DNA of 64,000 nt from the human T2T-CHM13v2.0 reference genome, Homo sapiens, in the NCBI RefSeq assembly GCF_009914755.1, contig NC_060947.1, one strand, 5' to 3'. Position numbers and translations under genes: made by a program. The notes below the pieces were generated by a model. It did no database searches and was not told the DNA's origin. It worked only from the letters and a program-made list of their open reading frames with translations. Below, one piece after another: positions 16,801 to 35,482 of this stretch. The stretch's first letter is position 1. Every line of letters starts with the position of its first letter.

Positions 16801-17037
16801 TTTTTTTTCTTTCTTTCTTTCTTTTTTTTTTTAATCATACTTTAAGTTCTAGGGTACATGTGCACAACGTGCAGGTTTGTTACACAGGTATACATGTGCC
16901 ATGTTGGTTTGCTGCACCCATTAACTCATCATTTACATTAGGTATTTCTCCTAATGCTATAGCTCCCCCTGCTCCCCACCCCATGACAGGCCCCAGTGTG
17001 TGATGTGCCCCACCCTGTGTCCAAGTGTTCTCATTGT

Positions 17038-20867
<3,830 letters not shown>

Positions 20868-20930
20868 TAAGATGTTAGGTGGTTATTTTGCCCATTAGTT
20901 GATGCAGTTTCTTCCTAGCATCGATGGTCT

Positions 20931-21956
20931 TTACAATTTGGCATGTTTTTGCAGTGGCTGGTACTGGTTGTTCCTTTCCATGCTTAGTGCTTCCTTCAGG
21001 AGCTCTTGTAAGGCAGGCCTGGTGGTGACAAAATCCCTCAGCATTTGCTTGTCTGTAAAGGATTTTATTTGTCCTTCACTTATGAAGCTTAGTTCGGCTG
21101 GATATGAAATTCTGGGTTGAAAATTCTTTTCTTTAAGACTTTTGAATATTGGCCCCCTCTCTCTTCTGTCTTGTAGGATTTCTGCTGAAAGATCCACTGT
21201 CAGTCTGATGGGCTTCCCTTTGTGGGTAACCCAACCTTTCTCTCTGGCTGCCCTTAGCCTTTTTTCCTTCATTTCAACCTTGGTGAATCTGACAATTATG
21301 TGTCTTGGGGTTGCTCTTCTCAAGGAGTATCTTTGTGGTGTTCTCTGTGTTTCCTGAATTTGAATGTTGGCCTGACTTGCTAGTTTGGGGAAGTTCTCCT
21401 GGATAATATCCTTCAGAGTGTTTTCCAACTTGGTTCCATTCTCCCTGTCACTTTCAGGTACCCCAAACAAACGTAGATTTGGTCTTTTCACATATTCCCA
21501 TATTTCTTGGAGGCTTTGTTCATTTCTTTTTACTCTTTTTTCTCTAAACTTCTCCTCTCGCTTTATTTCATTGATTTGATCTTCAATCACTGATACCCTT
21601 TCTTCCCCTTGATCGAATCATGTGTTGAAGCTTGTGCACGCGTCACGTAGTTCTTGTGCCATGGTTTTCAGCTCCATCAGGTCATTTAAGGTCTTCTCTA
21701 CACTGTTTATTCTAGTCAGCCATTTGTCTAATCTTTTTTCTAGGTTTTTAGCTTCCTTGCAATGGGTTCAAACATCTTCCTTTAGCTCGGAGAAGTTGGT
21801 TATTACCGACCTTCTGAAGCCTACTTCTGTCAGCTCGTCAAAGTCATTCTCCATCCAGTTTTGTTCCGTTGCTGTCTAGGAGCTGCAATTCCTTGCAGGA
21901 GAAGAAGCGCTCTGGTTTTTAGAATTTGCAGCTTTTCTGCTCTGATTTCTTCTCAT
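20931..21956 (-). pseudogene. L1 ORF1 remnant
   Basis: ATG at 21956 reads MRRNQSRKAANSKNQSASSPARNCSS* (TAG at codon 27); C-terminal ..RPNLRL..RATPRHIIVRF..QKHAKL. Confidence 0.9.
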
Positions 21957-22541
21957 CTTTGTGGTTTTATCTACCTTTGGTCTTTGAAATGGGTGACCTC
22001 CAGATGGGGTTTTGGTGTGGATATCCTTTTTGTTGATGTTGATGCTATTCCTTTCTTTTTGTTAGTTTTCCTTCTAACAGTCAGGTCCCTCAGATGCAGG
22101 TCTGTTGGTGTTTGCTGGAGGTCCACTGCACACCCTGTTTGCCTGGGTATCACCAGCGGAGACTGCAGAACAGCCAATATTGCTGCCTGATCCTTCGTCT
22201 GGAAGCTTTGTCCTGGAGGGTCACCCGCCTGTATTAGGTGTCAGTTGGCCCCTACTCGGAGCTGTCTCCCAGTTAGGCTACACGGGGGTCAGGGACCCAC
22301 TTGAGGAGGCAGTCTGTCTGTTCTCAGAGTTCAAACCTCCGTGCTGGGAGAACCACTGCTCTCTTCAGAGCTGTCAGACAGGGATGTTTAAGTCTGTAGA
22401 AGTTTCTGCTGCCTTTTGTTCAGCTATGCCCTGCCCCCCGAGGTGGGGGTCTACAGAGGCAGTGGGCCTTGCCGAGCTGCAGTGGGCTCTGCCCAGTTTG
22501 AGCTTCCCCAGCCGCTCTGTTTACCTACTCAAGCCTCAGCA

Positions 22542-23273
<732 letters not shown>

Positions 23274-23655
23274 TGAACAACAACTCTTGTATTTCTCTCT
23301 CACCCCATCACCTGTCGACAACCACTTTGAGTTTTTTTTGATGAGTTTGACTACTTGAGGTATAAATGGACTCATGCAGTATTTGTCCTTAAGTGACTAG
23401 CTTATTTTAATTACCATAAAGTTAGCTATGTTCACTCATGCTTTAGCATATGATAGAGCTTCCTTATTTTTTATGACTCAATAATATTCCACCGTATGTA
23501 TGTATGTATGTTTTCTTTATCCACTCATCCATCTATGGACATTTAGCTTGTTTTCTCCTCTTGGCTACAATGAATAATGCTGCAATGAACATGGGAGTGC
23601 AGATATCATTTGGAGATACTGACATAAATTCTTTTGGATCAATACCTAGAAGTGG
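23274..23655 (-). mobile_element. L1MA-type 3' region (right part)
   Basis: aatggactcatgcagtatttgtcc..tgaataatgctgcaatgaacatgggagtgcagata. Confidence 0.8.
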
Positions 23656-23762
23656 GTATAAGGATAAAAGGGTCACCATCTTGCTGTTGTCATTCCCTTA
23701 TTTGTCTGTCTTTTGCATCAGTATATGAAGTAATAGAAAATTAATTGAAGAAGGAGAGAGAT

Positions 23763-24690
23763 GCATATGAAAAGATGCTCAACATCATTGATCATCAGAG
23801 AAATACATATTAAAATTACAATGAGGTATCATCTCACCCAAGTTAAAATGGCTTTTGTCTAAAAGACAGGCAATAACAAATGCTGGTGATGATATGGAGA
23901 AAAGGGAACCCTCATGCACTGTTGGTGGGAATGTAAATCAATACAACCACTATGGAAAGCAGTTTGGATGTTCCTCCAAAAATTTAAAATTGAGCTACCA
24001 TATGATCCAGCAGTCCCACTGCTGGGTATATACCCAAAAGAAAGGAAATCAGTATATTGAAGGGATATGTGCACTCCTATGTTTGTTGAAGCACTATTTA
24101 CAATAGTGAAGATTTGGAAGCAACATAAGTGTTCATGAACAGATGAATGCATAAAGAAAATGTGGTACATATACACAATGGAGTACTATTCAGCCATAAA
24201 AAGAATGAAATCCTGTCATTTGCAACAACATGGCAAGAACTGGAGGACATTATGTTAAGTGAAATAAGCCAGGCACAGATAGACAAACTTCCCATGTTCT
24301 CACTTATTTGTGGGAGCTAAAAAATCAAAGCATTTGGACTCAAGGATATAGAGAATAGAATGATGATTATCAGTGGCTGGGAAGCGTAGTGATGGGGAAG
24401 TGGGGATGGTTAATGTGTACAAAAAAATAGAATGAATAAGACCTAGTATTTGCTAGCACAATAGGGTGGCTATAGTAAAAAATAATTTAATTGTACATTT
24501 TAAAATAACTAAACTAACTAAACGTGTATAATTGGATTGTTTGTAACACAAAAGATAAATGCTTGAGGGGATAGCTAACCCATTTACCATGATGTGATTA
24601 TTATGCACTGCACGCCCGTATCACCATATCTCATGTAGCTCATAAATATATACACCTACTATGTACCCACAGAAATTAAAAATTGAAAAA
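23763..24690 (+). mobile_element. 5'-truncated L1MA-type element
   Basis: gcatatgaaaagatgctcaacatca..ORF2 C-terminus..3'UTR..tatgtacccacagaaattaaaaattgaaaaa. Confidence 0.9.
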
Positions 24691-24819
24691 TAGGCACACT
24701 TCCAGGATCAAAAAAAGAAGGAAAAAGATGGCTTAATTATTGTGAGTTTCCAAATCATCAGATAAATATGCCATATTTAAATGCAAACAATGTCATATTA
24801 ACTTTTTATATATTGGAGG

Positions 24820-25187
24820 CTATTTTCTTTCGGGCTGCTATAACAAAGTTATGTTAATATGTCACCCACCATAGACTGGGTGGCATATTTAACAAAAGAA
24901 ATTTATTTCTCACGGTTCTGGAGGCTGGAAGTCTGAGATCAGAGTGCCAAGGTGGTCGGGTTCTGGTGGTCTGGGTTGCAGACTGCTGACTTCTCTTTAT
25001 ATTTTCACATGGTAGAAGGAGGGCGAGAGAACTCTCTGGGGTCCCTAATAGGGGCGCTAATTCTATTCATGAGGTCTCTCCACCCTTGTGACCTCATTAC
25101 CTCTCAAAGTTCCCCCCAATCACATTGGGGGTTAGGATTTCATCATAAGGATTTGGGGGCACACAGGCATTTAGCATTTTTGTAACA
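24820..25187 (-). mobile_element. MaLR solo LTR (MLT1A-like)
   Basis: gggctgctataacaaa..ccatagactgggtggc..gttctggaggctggaagtc. Confidence 0.8.
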
Positions 25188-25254
25188 AAGGAAAACTATA
25201 TACTGTATTCCCCTCTGAAAATTAGTGAAGTGTGTTAGCTGTTGAAACTTCTAA

Positions 25255-25584
<330 letters not shown>

Positions 25585-25622
25585 AGTTTAACTTTCTTTA
25601 AACCCAGCATTTCTTAAATCTC

Positions 25623-25672
25623 TAGGATGATGCAAAAGTAATTGTGGTTTTTGCCATTAATGGCAAAACCAT
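25623..25672. mobile_element. MADE1 (Hsmar1-derived MITE), truncated
   Basis: taggatgatgcaaaagtaattgtggtttttgccattaatggcaaaacc matches the MADE1 left arm, centre and part of the right arm. Confidence 0.8.
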
Positions 25673-25821
25673 TACCCAGCAACCTCTTTTGGGGTTACCC
25701 AGGAACCTCTTTTGGGGTTGGGGGAATAGTATCCACTAAGTATCCACTTGTCTTCTGAGGCAAGGCACTGCTTTTCTACTGCCTACAGTTAGGTTAGTGC
25801 TGAATGGTATATTTAAGTATA

Positions 25822-25955
25822 AAGTAACCCCAGGTCACATATGGCTACTTAAATTTAATTAAAATTGATTAAAATTATTCAGATCATCAGTCACATTAGC
25901 CACATTTGAAGTGCTCAGTAGCTGCAAGTGGCTAGCGACTATTTTTATTGGACAT
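25822..25955. mobile_element. MER3-like hAT fragment
   Basis: cacatatggctactt..agccacatttgaagtgctcagtagctgcaagtggctag..ttggaca. Confidence 0.65.
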
Positions 25956-26125
25956 ATCCATAAGAAAGACACATATTGGGATCCGTTTTGTCACCTAACA
26001 TCCCTACCCCCAAAGAATTTACTGATTTGTTATTTGTTTTTGTGATTTTACATTAACTGAATAATGTTACAAAACTAGTCTTAAAAAAAATCTGTTGCTG
26101 CTTTCAATATAACAATGTTGTATAG

Positions 26126-26467
26126 CAATGGTCCCCCAACTTTTTGGCACCAGTGGCCGATTTTGTGGAAGACAATTTTACCACGGGACGGGCGGGGTGC
26201 GGGGATGTGGGGATCGTTACAGGATGTAATTGTTCCACCTCAGATCATCAGGCATTAGTTAGATTCTCATAAGGAGTGCACAACCTAGATACTTTGCATG
26301 TGCAGTTCACAATAGGATTTATGCTCCTATGAGAATCTAATGCTGGTCTGACAGGAGGTGGAGCTCAGAGAGTAATGCTCATTGGCCCGCTGCTCACCTC
26401 CTGCTGTGAGGTATGGTTCCTAACAAGCCACAGTAGTGGTCTGTTGCCCAAGGGTTGGGGACCCTTG
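26126..26467 (+). mobile_element. MER1B hAT-Charlie DNA transposon
   Basis: ggtcccccaactttttggcacca..gttccacctcagatcatcaggcattag..gggttggggaccct; 8-bp TSD ttgtatag/ttgtagag. Confidence 0.93.
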
Positions 26468-27074
26468 TTGTAGAGGACAGTGTGCACTGTTATTGTGTTT
26501 TTTGTATGAAAACTCCTATGAGCCCTTTTATTTGGTTCTAAAAGTTAGAAAATCCTTTGCTTCTTTGAAAAGTAACTGATTATATTTTTATTTCCTTTTA
26601 TTTGGGCACCAGAAAACAGTTAAATCTTTGTCCTAACATTCTTTTTAATCTCATTCTATTCTGATTTATATTTTTTTCTATTCCTGTTTTCTCTCGATAT
26701 TTGTTTTCATAGTTTTGCAAAATACTTCAAATTCCATAAGAGCAAATCAGGTATAACTGAACATTAGTGAATTACAGTCTTTTTTCACAATTCATCATAA
26801 GTGGTCAACATTCTTGGCTGTCCATTTTTGCAGGGCATTTGATAGTTGAGCCATTTTTCCATTACAAGTGTTTCTAGTATCAATGGTTAAGTTTTCTGTA
26901 TTGTCTGTAAGCTGTTTCTTGCTCAGGTATCTTATAATCAATAGTACATGATACAGAATTCCTGAGAAGTAGGAATAGAAAATCTATTTGTAGTCTGTGT
27001 TTCTCCATAAGGCTTTAGAAGTAGACGAGACTAAGCAGCTTTGTTTCTAATTCAGTATTTGGAACTTATTGTAT

Positions 27075-27230
27075 ATTCATTCATTTACTCTTTCATTTAT
27101 TCATTCATTCAGTAAATATTTGTTGAATGCCTGCTATGCACTGAGCACTTTTCTGGGTGCTGAAGATGTAGCAAGAAGACAAGAAGACAAAAAAAATTCC
27201 CTCCCTCAAGGAACTGACATTTTACTGAGA
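27075..27230 (-). mobile_element. L2 3' end
   Basis: cattcattcagtaaatatttgttgaatgcctgctatgc. Confidence 0.7.
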
Positions 27231-27493
27231 TTAAGCTCAAATTCCAATTCATTAAACTCTTAATTTTTGAGATCATTAAAAGAAAAGATTGTCTCTTATT
27301 GGCATCTCCTCTCCACGTACACCGAAAGTTATTTCATTTCCATGGCCTTATTTGCTGTGGCAGTAAGAGAGATAAATAGGCCAAATCGAACTGGGAGGCA
27401 GGAGGAAGAACTCTTGTCCAACTTTCATTGTATTCAAGAATTCAAGAATATGAGTGAGAAAAGGCTGATAAGAAATATAGTTTGTTGATCCTA

Positions 27494-27793
27494 GGCTGAG
27501 TGCAATGGCTCACACCTGTAATCTCAGCAGTTTGGGAGGCCGAGGCAGGCGGATCATTTGAGGCCAGGAGTTCGAGACCAGCCTGGCCAATGTGGCGAAA
27601 TCCCATCTCTACTGAAAATACAGAAATTATTTGGGCATGGCGGTGCACGCCTGTAGTCCCAGCTACTTGGGGGACCGAGGTGGGGGGATTGCTTGAGCTA
27701 GGGAGGCAGAGGTTGTAGTGAGCCAAGACTGTGCCACTGTACTCCAGCCTGGGTGACAGAGCGAGACTCTGTCTCAAAAAGAGAAAAGAAAAA
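27494..27793 (+). mobile_element. Alu (AluJ/S-like)
   Basis: Full dimer; 24-bp flanking direct repeat. Confidence 0.95.
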
Positions 27794-27949
27794 AAGAAAT
27801 ACAGTTTGTTGATCCTAAAATATTTGGAGAGCAGATTTATGGTCAAAATAAGACATAGTCTCTGAGACCTACTCTGTTCTTAGAAGTAATCAGGAATATT
27901 TATAGTTGATTGGTTTTCAAAACAAAAATGCAAAGCAGTTAAATATATA

Positions 27950-28430
27950 TTTGCTAAACTTATTGAACACTTAGTATATGACAGTGTTCTGAATGCTGAA
28001 GATAGATCAATGAACAAAACAACAAAACTCCCTGCCTTGGAGCTTGCAGTAAAGAGTAGAAACCATGAGAGCAAGTAATTGACTAAGGAAGCAAGACAGT
28101 GAGTGCTGTGGAGAGAAAGTGCTATAAAAAGAATTAAAATGGAAAGATGTGATAGTGATAGACTAACCCCTTTATAGCGATACTTAGAAAAGGCTTTCCT
28201 GATGTAGTGATTTGTAACCTGAAACCTGAATGATATGAAGAAACCAGCCACATGAAGATCAGGAGGAAGACCTTTCTAGGCTGAGGGAACAGTTAAACTA
28301 AAAGCCTTTAATATTGGAAAGAACTTGGTCTGGTGGCAAAACAATAAGAAAGCCAGTTTGGGTAGGAAGTAGTATGAGCGCCAAGTGATAGGAGAATCGA
28401 TCACAGAGTGAGGGGGAGGCCAGATCAAGT
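27950..28430 (-). mobile_element. L2 fragment
   Basis: ttattgaacactta..ccctgccttggagctt..aaggctttcctga..ggccagatca. Confidence 0.65.
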
Positions 28431-29849
28431 AGAGCTGTTTACTTATGTTAACTGAACTAAAACTACTATTTGTCTTTAAAGTAAAATGCTTTCTGAGTAG
28501 CCAGTCCTGAGTACTTTCCAGCTGCTCATAAGCCAAAAGTCAATCACAATAGTTTAGGCTTCACTTAAACACAGGCAATCTAATGTTCCATTCTTTCATT
28601 TCATTTCATTATTTGTTTTATATTCTCCTTCACTCTTTTTTTTCTCCTGGTGAAGCAGCAGAACCCATTGACTTTTTGCTGTACTTTGGATTTCAGTCTC
28701 TGACTTCCTTGCACATGTGCACACAGAAGGAAAGAGCTGTGAAAGAGCTTCAGCCAAGGGGTTGGGAAGCAGGAGTCCAGAACTTTCTAGTTTGCTAGAT
28801 GGATATGCAGTCAGTGATGATCACACCCATGTCTCACTGGTGATTGATTGAATCAACCATTTAACATTTTTGAGGTTATTTAAAAAGTTGGAAATAAAGT
28901 GAAATCTCTAAAGAATATACTAATATTTATAATTTTGATAATGAATTTTTTTTGTTCTTTTAAGTTACTTTATGGTTGAAATGCAGCTTTTCAGTCTTAA
29001 ATCTCATATCAGTCACCTTCCCATAATTTTAAGACTGCAGTATTTATTTGGTTCTATTATATAACTTTTATGGCCTTTGAAAGTAAGAGAGTGAATGTAA
29101 CTGATAGTTTTCTGTCACTTATACTGGTACTGGATCTGACTTTTAGCTCTTTTAAAAGTTATTTTCACTTTGGAAACACTTTAAAGATGCATTGAACTCT
29201 TTTTCTACAGCTCTATAATCCATTTTTATACACAAGACATAGTAGCATAAGGCTCCCACATACAAGGCTCACAACAGGCAAAATTCCATATGTCTGCTTC
29301 AGATTTGCCTGCTGAATACATTGTTGTGGCTGCTTCTAAAACATTAAAGACATACCTGCCAGGTTGTGGATTTTTTTTTTTGTCTTGACTTTTTGAAAGT
29401 TTCTGCACTATTTTTTCTTAGATTACATATAGAATATAAAGTACAGTTAAGTCCTATGAAAGATGAGAATCTGATAGACCTTCTGGCCACAAGAAACCAT
29501 CAAATTTACATTAAACTCTACTTCTCTGTATTATCAATTTCTCTCAATAAAAATATGAAAATAATTATTATGGCATGATACAGTAAAACACAGGAATAGT
29601 GGATTTAGTTCCCTGAATACTGTATTCCTTTCTTCCTTCCCTTCCTAGTACCCACTGGCTTGCTGTTGGATTGTGCATGAAATTAAAAGAAACTTGAATA
29701 CATTGTGCCCTGGAATTGTTTGAATGAAAGTGATTGCATTAATTCAAAGGTTTGGATGCCTTTAAGCATACGTTGTAAAATTTTTAACTGGAGAGATAGG
29801 TGAATTTTAAAAATTAGAGACATTTCAAATCAGTAAAATGTTACTAGAG

Positions 29850-30940
29850 CAGTAGACAAAGTGGGGGGAAAAGATAAATTGATTCCCTATATCATACCAT
29901 TTACCAGAATAAGCTTCAGAACAATGAGTTATAAATATAAAACCATACACAAACTAGGCCTGAATATAGGTAATATTTACTTGAAATAAGAGCAGCTTTG
30001 TGAAAATAAAAACAAAAGTAGAAGATAAAAGAATATATTTTTGACTGTACACAAATGAAGAACTTTTATAAATCAAGAACATAGTATATACTATTAAAGG
30101 GCAAATGCCGATTTTATAACAATTTTAGACAATTTTGATAATGGATTAATAACTTTATGAGTATTCTTATATAGCAACATGAAACATGTGTATCCTAATA
30201 GAAATATGAACAAAGGTATTGAACATAGTATTCATAAAATATAAGTTACATATATGATGTGCATGGTGTATATGGTATGTATGAGTGGGCTTGTATGAAT
30301 GTGGATGGCTGTGCATATATTCAGCCTAATTAGCAATAGAAGAAATGACTATTAAAAGAATACTGCAGTTTAATAGACAAAAAGGATCTAAAATAATGAT
30401 CTGATATGTGAGGGTGCAGAGAAGCATGCACTCTCATTTCATGATGGTTGGTTTGTAGAATAGTACAACCTTTCTGGAGGGCAGTTTAGCAGAATGAAAC
30501 ATAAGCAATGAAAATATTTATATTCATGCCTAGCAATTCCATTTCTAGAAAATTGTCCTAATGAAGCAGATGTATAAAAAATATATCTGTAGTATTCACT
30601 TCAGAATTATTTCTAGTTGTGAAAAATTAGAGCATAAATGCCCAATAATAAAGGAATTTTAAAATAATTGTATGATAATTTAAATAATCTATATAATTAT
30701 ATGGGAGATGTTTATGATATAGTAAATGATAAAGCAGAATGTAAAAGATATGTACAGCCAATAGTATGACCCCAATTTTCTTTAAGAATATATTGCACAT
30801 GGGAAAAATGATTAGACCAAGTGATAAAATATATTAACAGTACGTCTCTCTATGTGAGAAATTATGGTGATTTTTAAATTTTCTTCTCTTGCATTAACTC
30901 TGTTTTCCAAATTTTTAACAATGAACTTGTATTAGTTGTG
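29850..30940 (+). mobile_element. Decayed L1ME-type 3' region
   Basis: acaacctttctggagggcagttt..tagcaattccatttctag..aaatttttaacaatgaac. Confidence 0.55.
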
Positions 30941-32237
30941 AAATGAGGCAAAAGGAAAAAATGATAAAGGAGAAAGGGTTCAATTATATTATCTTTATTC
31001 TCTCAGTGTTGCAATTAATGATAGAATTAATAAGCCCTATTTTTGCCTTGTTTACCAACTTTGAGTTTAGCAACAGGAACTATTTGTATTCCATTATGTT
31101 TATAAAAGATGGAAATATATTTTCTGTTTTTTCTTGGTGGAAGGGGCAAAGTAAGCCACAGCAATTCTTTTAGTTAGCATTTCTTTTAGATATTCAAAAG
31201 GACAAGTATGTTATATACTCTTGATTTGATTAAAGGAAAACATATATAAAGAAATATAAAGGTATATATATAAATAAAGAAATATATATATAAAGAAAGA
31301 TGTATAAAGAAAGAAAATAGATATATAAATATCTTCACCTTTCCCTCCACACTCTGATCATTCTAGTCACATCTGGTCTTAAACTTTAGACAGGACATCA
31401 TATTAGTAATTTATTTTCACCACATCTGTAGGGGTCTTTTATTTGTAGATTCTATAGTGATAATTAATTTAATGGGAGTTAACATTTAGAAATAGATTTG
31501 TAGCCAGGTTTTGTGCTCTTTTAATGGGCTGGGAAGCTAAAAATAACGCCTTGTAAGGGAAACAATTGCAAACAGATGAAATTTAACTGAGCACCAGACA
31601 TTCAGAGTTGAAGAGCACACATGGGGGAAATTGTATGTCCTTAAATTATCAACTTACTGGAAATGAAATGCTTTGGTACAGATGTGAAGAGTAAAACAAA
31701 AACAAGTCTGGTAGTTGGTTACATCTTCCCGTCTGCTCTTCGTATTACAAGTAGGAGTCCCACTGTCCAAGCTCATGACACTAAGCTCTTAAAAAAAAAA
31801 AACAAATAAATGCTTTACAATGTCAGCTTTAGATAATATATTCAGAAAGAGATGATAACATCATGTATAGTTGTAAGGGACAAATATGCTAGTTCAATTT
31901 ATCTACAGATGTTCATTGGGATGCTTCCCCTCAAAGTGTTTTTGATTTTCTCAAAAGACCAATCTCAGGAGCTATTTAAGAAAATGTCATTTGATTTGCA
32001 TATGTAAACAATCAGGTCTATGAACCATATGATTTTATCCCCTAATTATTTATGTAAGGGTTTAAAGTGAGCATACATCACCTATCACAAACCTATCCTG
32101 CAAATTAGCAAATGCATACACTAACAAAGACAATTGCTCTGCTTAGCTATATCTCTTAAGGTGAGACATTTAATCCCTTGGTAAGTGGTTGTTTATATGT
32201 AACTAAAATAAGCTTTTCCCTCCTTCACCAGTATTAA

Positions 32238-32561
<324 letters not shown>

Positions 32562-33436
32562 GTATTAATGTTTTTCTAATACTTCCTTAATCAGATAAAA
32601 ATTTCAATTTGAAAAACTTGAAATATTGATGTAAATTGTTTGATTACTACATGTGTTTTCTTTTTTTTTTTTTTTTTTTTACTATTTTGCTAAAGAATAT
32701 GGTTAGTTATAAGTTGATACTATGTATATCTTCATGGAGATTTTTAAGTAGGTTTTTTTATTGGCCCTGTTTATATGTGTAGGAAATTATGCTAAATCAC
32801 AAAACTGGAAACAAGAGCTATTTCTTGCTGTGTAAGTCAGTTTATCAAAAATCTAGATAGCTGTAATAATCTTTTTTTCCTTGTTACATGAGAACATTCT
32901 GTATTCTCTATCCCTTAATAATGATTATTTTAAGTTATACTTGAATGTTCCACTGGCATTTTACACTTATTATATCTAATATGGACTTTGTAAGTTTTCG
33001 TTATTACCTACTCTAGTCACTCCTCATCTGCCTTCTATGTAGTCCTTATTACTGTTAACATCATCATTCACTCAGTTAAACAAATCTGGGTAACCTGTCC
33101 CTCATTCCTTCACTCTATTCTCCAGGGTCAACCACTCCTCCTTATCTATCAGTTCCTGAGTAGTTTCCTGAATCTTCACCTTCATCTTCTCTACATCCTA
33201 TCTCTGAACTCATCCTCCAGAATGCCTTCAGAATTACTTTTATAAAGCTTAGTCTCCTCTCTACCACTTTTAAAAAATATAATTCTTTTAATTTTGTCCA
33301 GTGTTCAAATAAAACACTCCTAGAAAGAGTATTTCTTCATGAATTCCTTTTTCTTATATCACTATTTGGCTCATACTTTCACTGCATTTTTGTAATCCAA
33401 GTCCCCCTAACACAAAATGAGCTTAAAATATGGTTA

Positions 33437-33734
<298 letters not shown>

Positions 33735-34044
33735 GAAATGTGGTTTTAATGGTTAAAGCCATTAAAAAACCCTTAATTATATAAAGCAAATAATAATTAC
33801 AATTAGGACATCAGAGAAAAATGCACTTTACTATCAGTTACCAATATGTGAATTACCACCCTTTTACGTTATCTGTGAGAGTCAAACTGTATACCACCAT
33901 GTAAGTTGAATATGTGTACACTTTGCCTTGGGGAGGAGCTCTAGGCTGATGTTTCTAAATGGTGAGGAACACACCACACCTGATTTGTAAAGTCAGAGAA
34001 GGCTAGAGCTGGAATCGATCATTTAGTCCAAAACCCTCTTAAAA

Positions 34045-34192
34045 TTTTTTAAAATTTATTTTATTTTTATTTTTTAGAGATGGTATCTTGCTATGTTGCC
34101 TAGGCTGGACTTAAACCCCTAGGCCCAAGTGGTCCTCCCATCTCAGCCTCCCAAGTAGCTAGGACTATAGGCTTATGCCATTGCACCTGGCT
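34045..34192 (-). mobile_element. Alu monomer (FLAM-like)
   Basis: agagatggtatcttgctatgttgcctaggctgg..cctcagcctccc-like..acctggct, single arm. Confidence 0.85.
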
Positions 34193-34889
34193 CAACACTC
34201 TTTTTTTAAAGAGGGAAAGGGCAGGGTCTTACCCAAGGTTATATATCTAGTTCTAGAGCTATATTGCTAGTTATAGATTACTTAAATGTACTATGTGAAA
34301 TTTAATGTTTAAATTATTTGGTTGAAATTATTAAACATTTGAAACACAATTATTTTTAATGAAGTGACAAATATGTATTAAGTTTAAAATATTTTTTGAA
34401 ACACATTCTTGTACTTGAACACATTTTCTTGATTAAATATTGGTATAAAGCAGGAAATGATCTATTAAAACAAAACATTCTTAGAAAACTTAGTAGCAGT
34501 TACTCCATATCAATAGTTGAGCCTAGATTAGATCATAGGTTTAAAGCATACTTCTGATATTATCTGTTATCTATCTAACACTTTGAAATGATCTGAATGT
34601 CTTATTGCAAAACACGGGGAAGATATTAGCTAAAGATTTAAAGAGAAAAAGCAAACCAAGGGCTGGAAAATGATTCTCTGAGTAGCAAATTGGCAGAGTT
34701 AAGGAGTTTATTGCAAAGAAAAAATTATTATGTCTATTATATAGCTATTAAACCATAGTCCAGGTGAAGAGAGCATGTTAGATTAAAAATAGCATTAGCA
34801 CCCCAAAAGATCTGGAAGGCTACTTTTCAAAGGATAGCAAAACCAATTGTGTTACAGGGACAAACCTTACTTAGACCAATAAGTTATAA

Positions 34890-35482
34890 TGCCTTTCAAA
34901 CTTTTTGGTCTTAGGGGCCATTTACACTCTTAAAATTTTTGAGGACCCTGAGGAACTTTTTTGTGTGGTTCATATCTATTGTTATTTTCTGATTTGATTT
35001 AAATCTGAGAAAATTGTAAAACATAAGAACAGTCCATTTGCCGTCAGAGTGATGATGCCATTCCAGGTCATGAAGCCTCTGGAAAACACCACTGTACACT
35101 TGTGAGAACACAGGAGTGAAACAGACAAATAACTTTTTTTTGTTTTGGACCGAGTTTCACTCTGCTGCCCAGGCTGGTGTGCAGTGGCGCCATCTCGGCT
35201 TGCAGCTGGGACTACAGGTGCCCACTACCTCGCCCGGCTAATTTTTTGTGTTTTTAATAGACACGAGGTTTCACTATGTTGACCAGGCTGGTATCAAACT
35301 CCTGACCTCAGGTGATCCACCCACCTCGGCCTCCTAAAGTGCCGGGATTACAGGCGTGAGCCACCGCGCCCAGCCTCAAGTAACTTTTAGTCTTGTTACA
35401 ACAATAGTTTTGAATTTACATACACCTCTGACAGGGTCCCAGGAATACCCTGGAATCCTTTGACCACATTTTGAGAGCTGCT
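34890..35482 (+). mobile_element. hAT-Charlie element (MER119/Charlie-like) split by an Alu
   Basis: tttcaaactttttggtc..tttacactcttaaaa..gaggaccc start and gaccacattttgagagctgctg end. Confidence 0.6.
35133..35375 (-). mobile_element. Alu with about 50-bp internal deletion
   Basis: catctcggcttgcagctgggactac junction removes part of the right arm; TSD caa(a/g)taactttt. Confidence 0.93.

Noticed and set aside
25672-25717. Short direct repeats as a CRISPR-like array
   Set aside because: Only two adjacent units with no spacers, in eukaryotic DNA with no cas genes.
29226-29408. Minus-strand 60-aa ORF (GRYVFNVLEAATTMYSAGK..) and + strand acceptor at 29210
   Set aside because: No recognisable homology; all + frames after the acceptor hit stops and no good donor follows.
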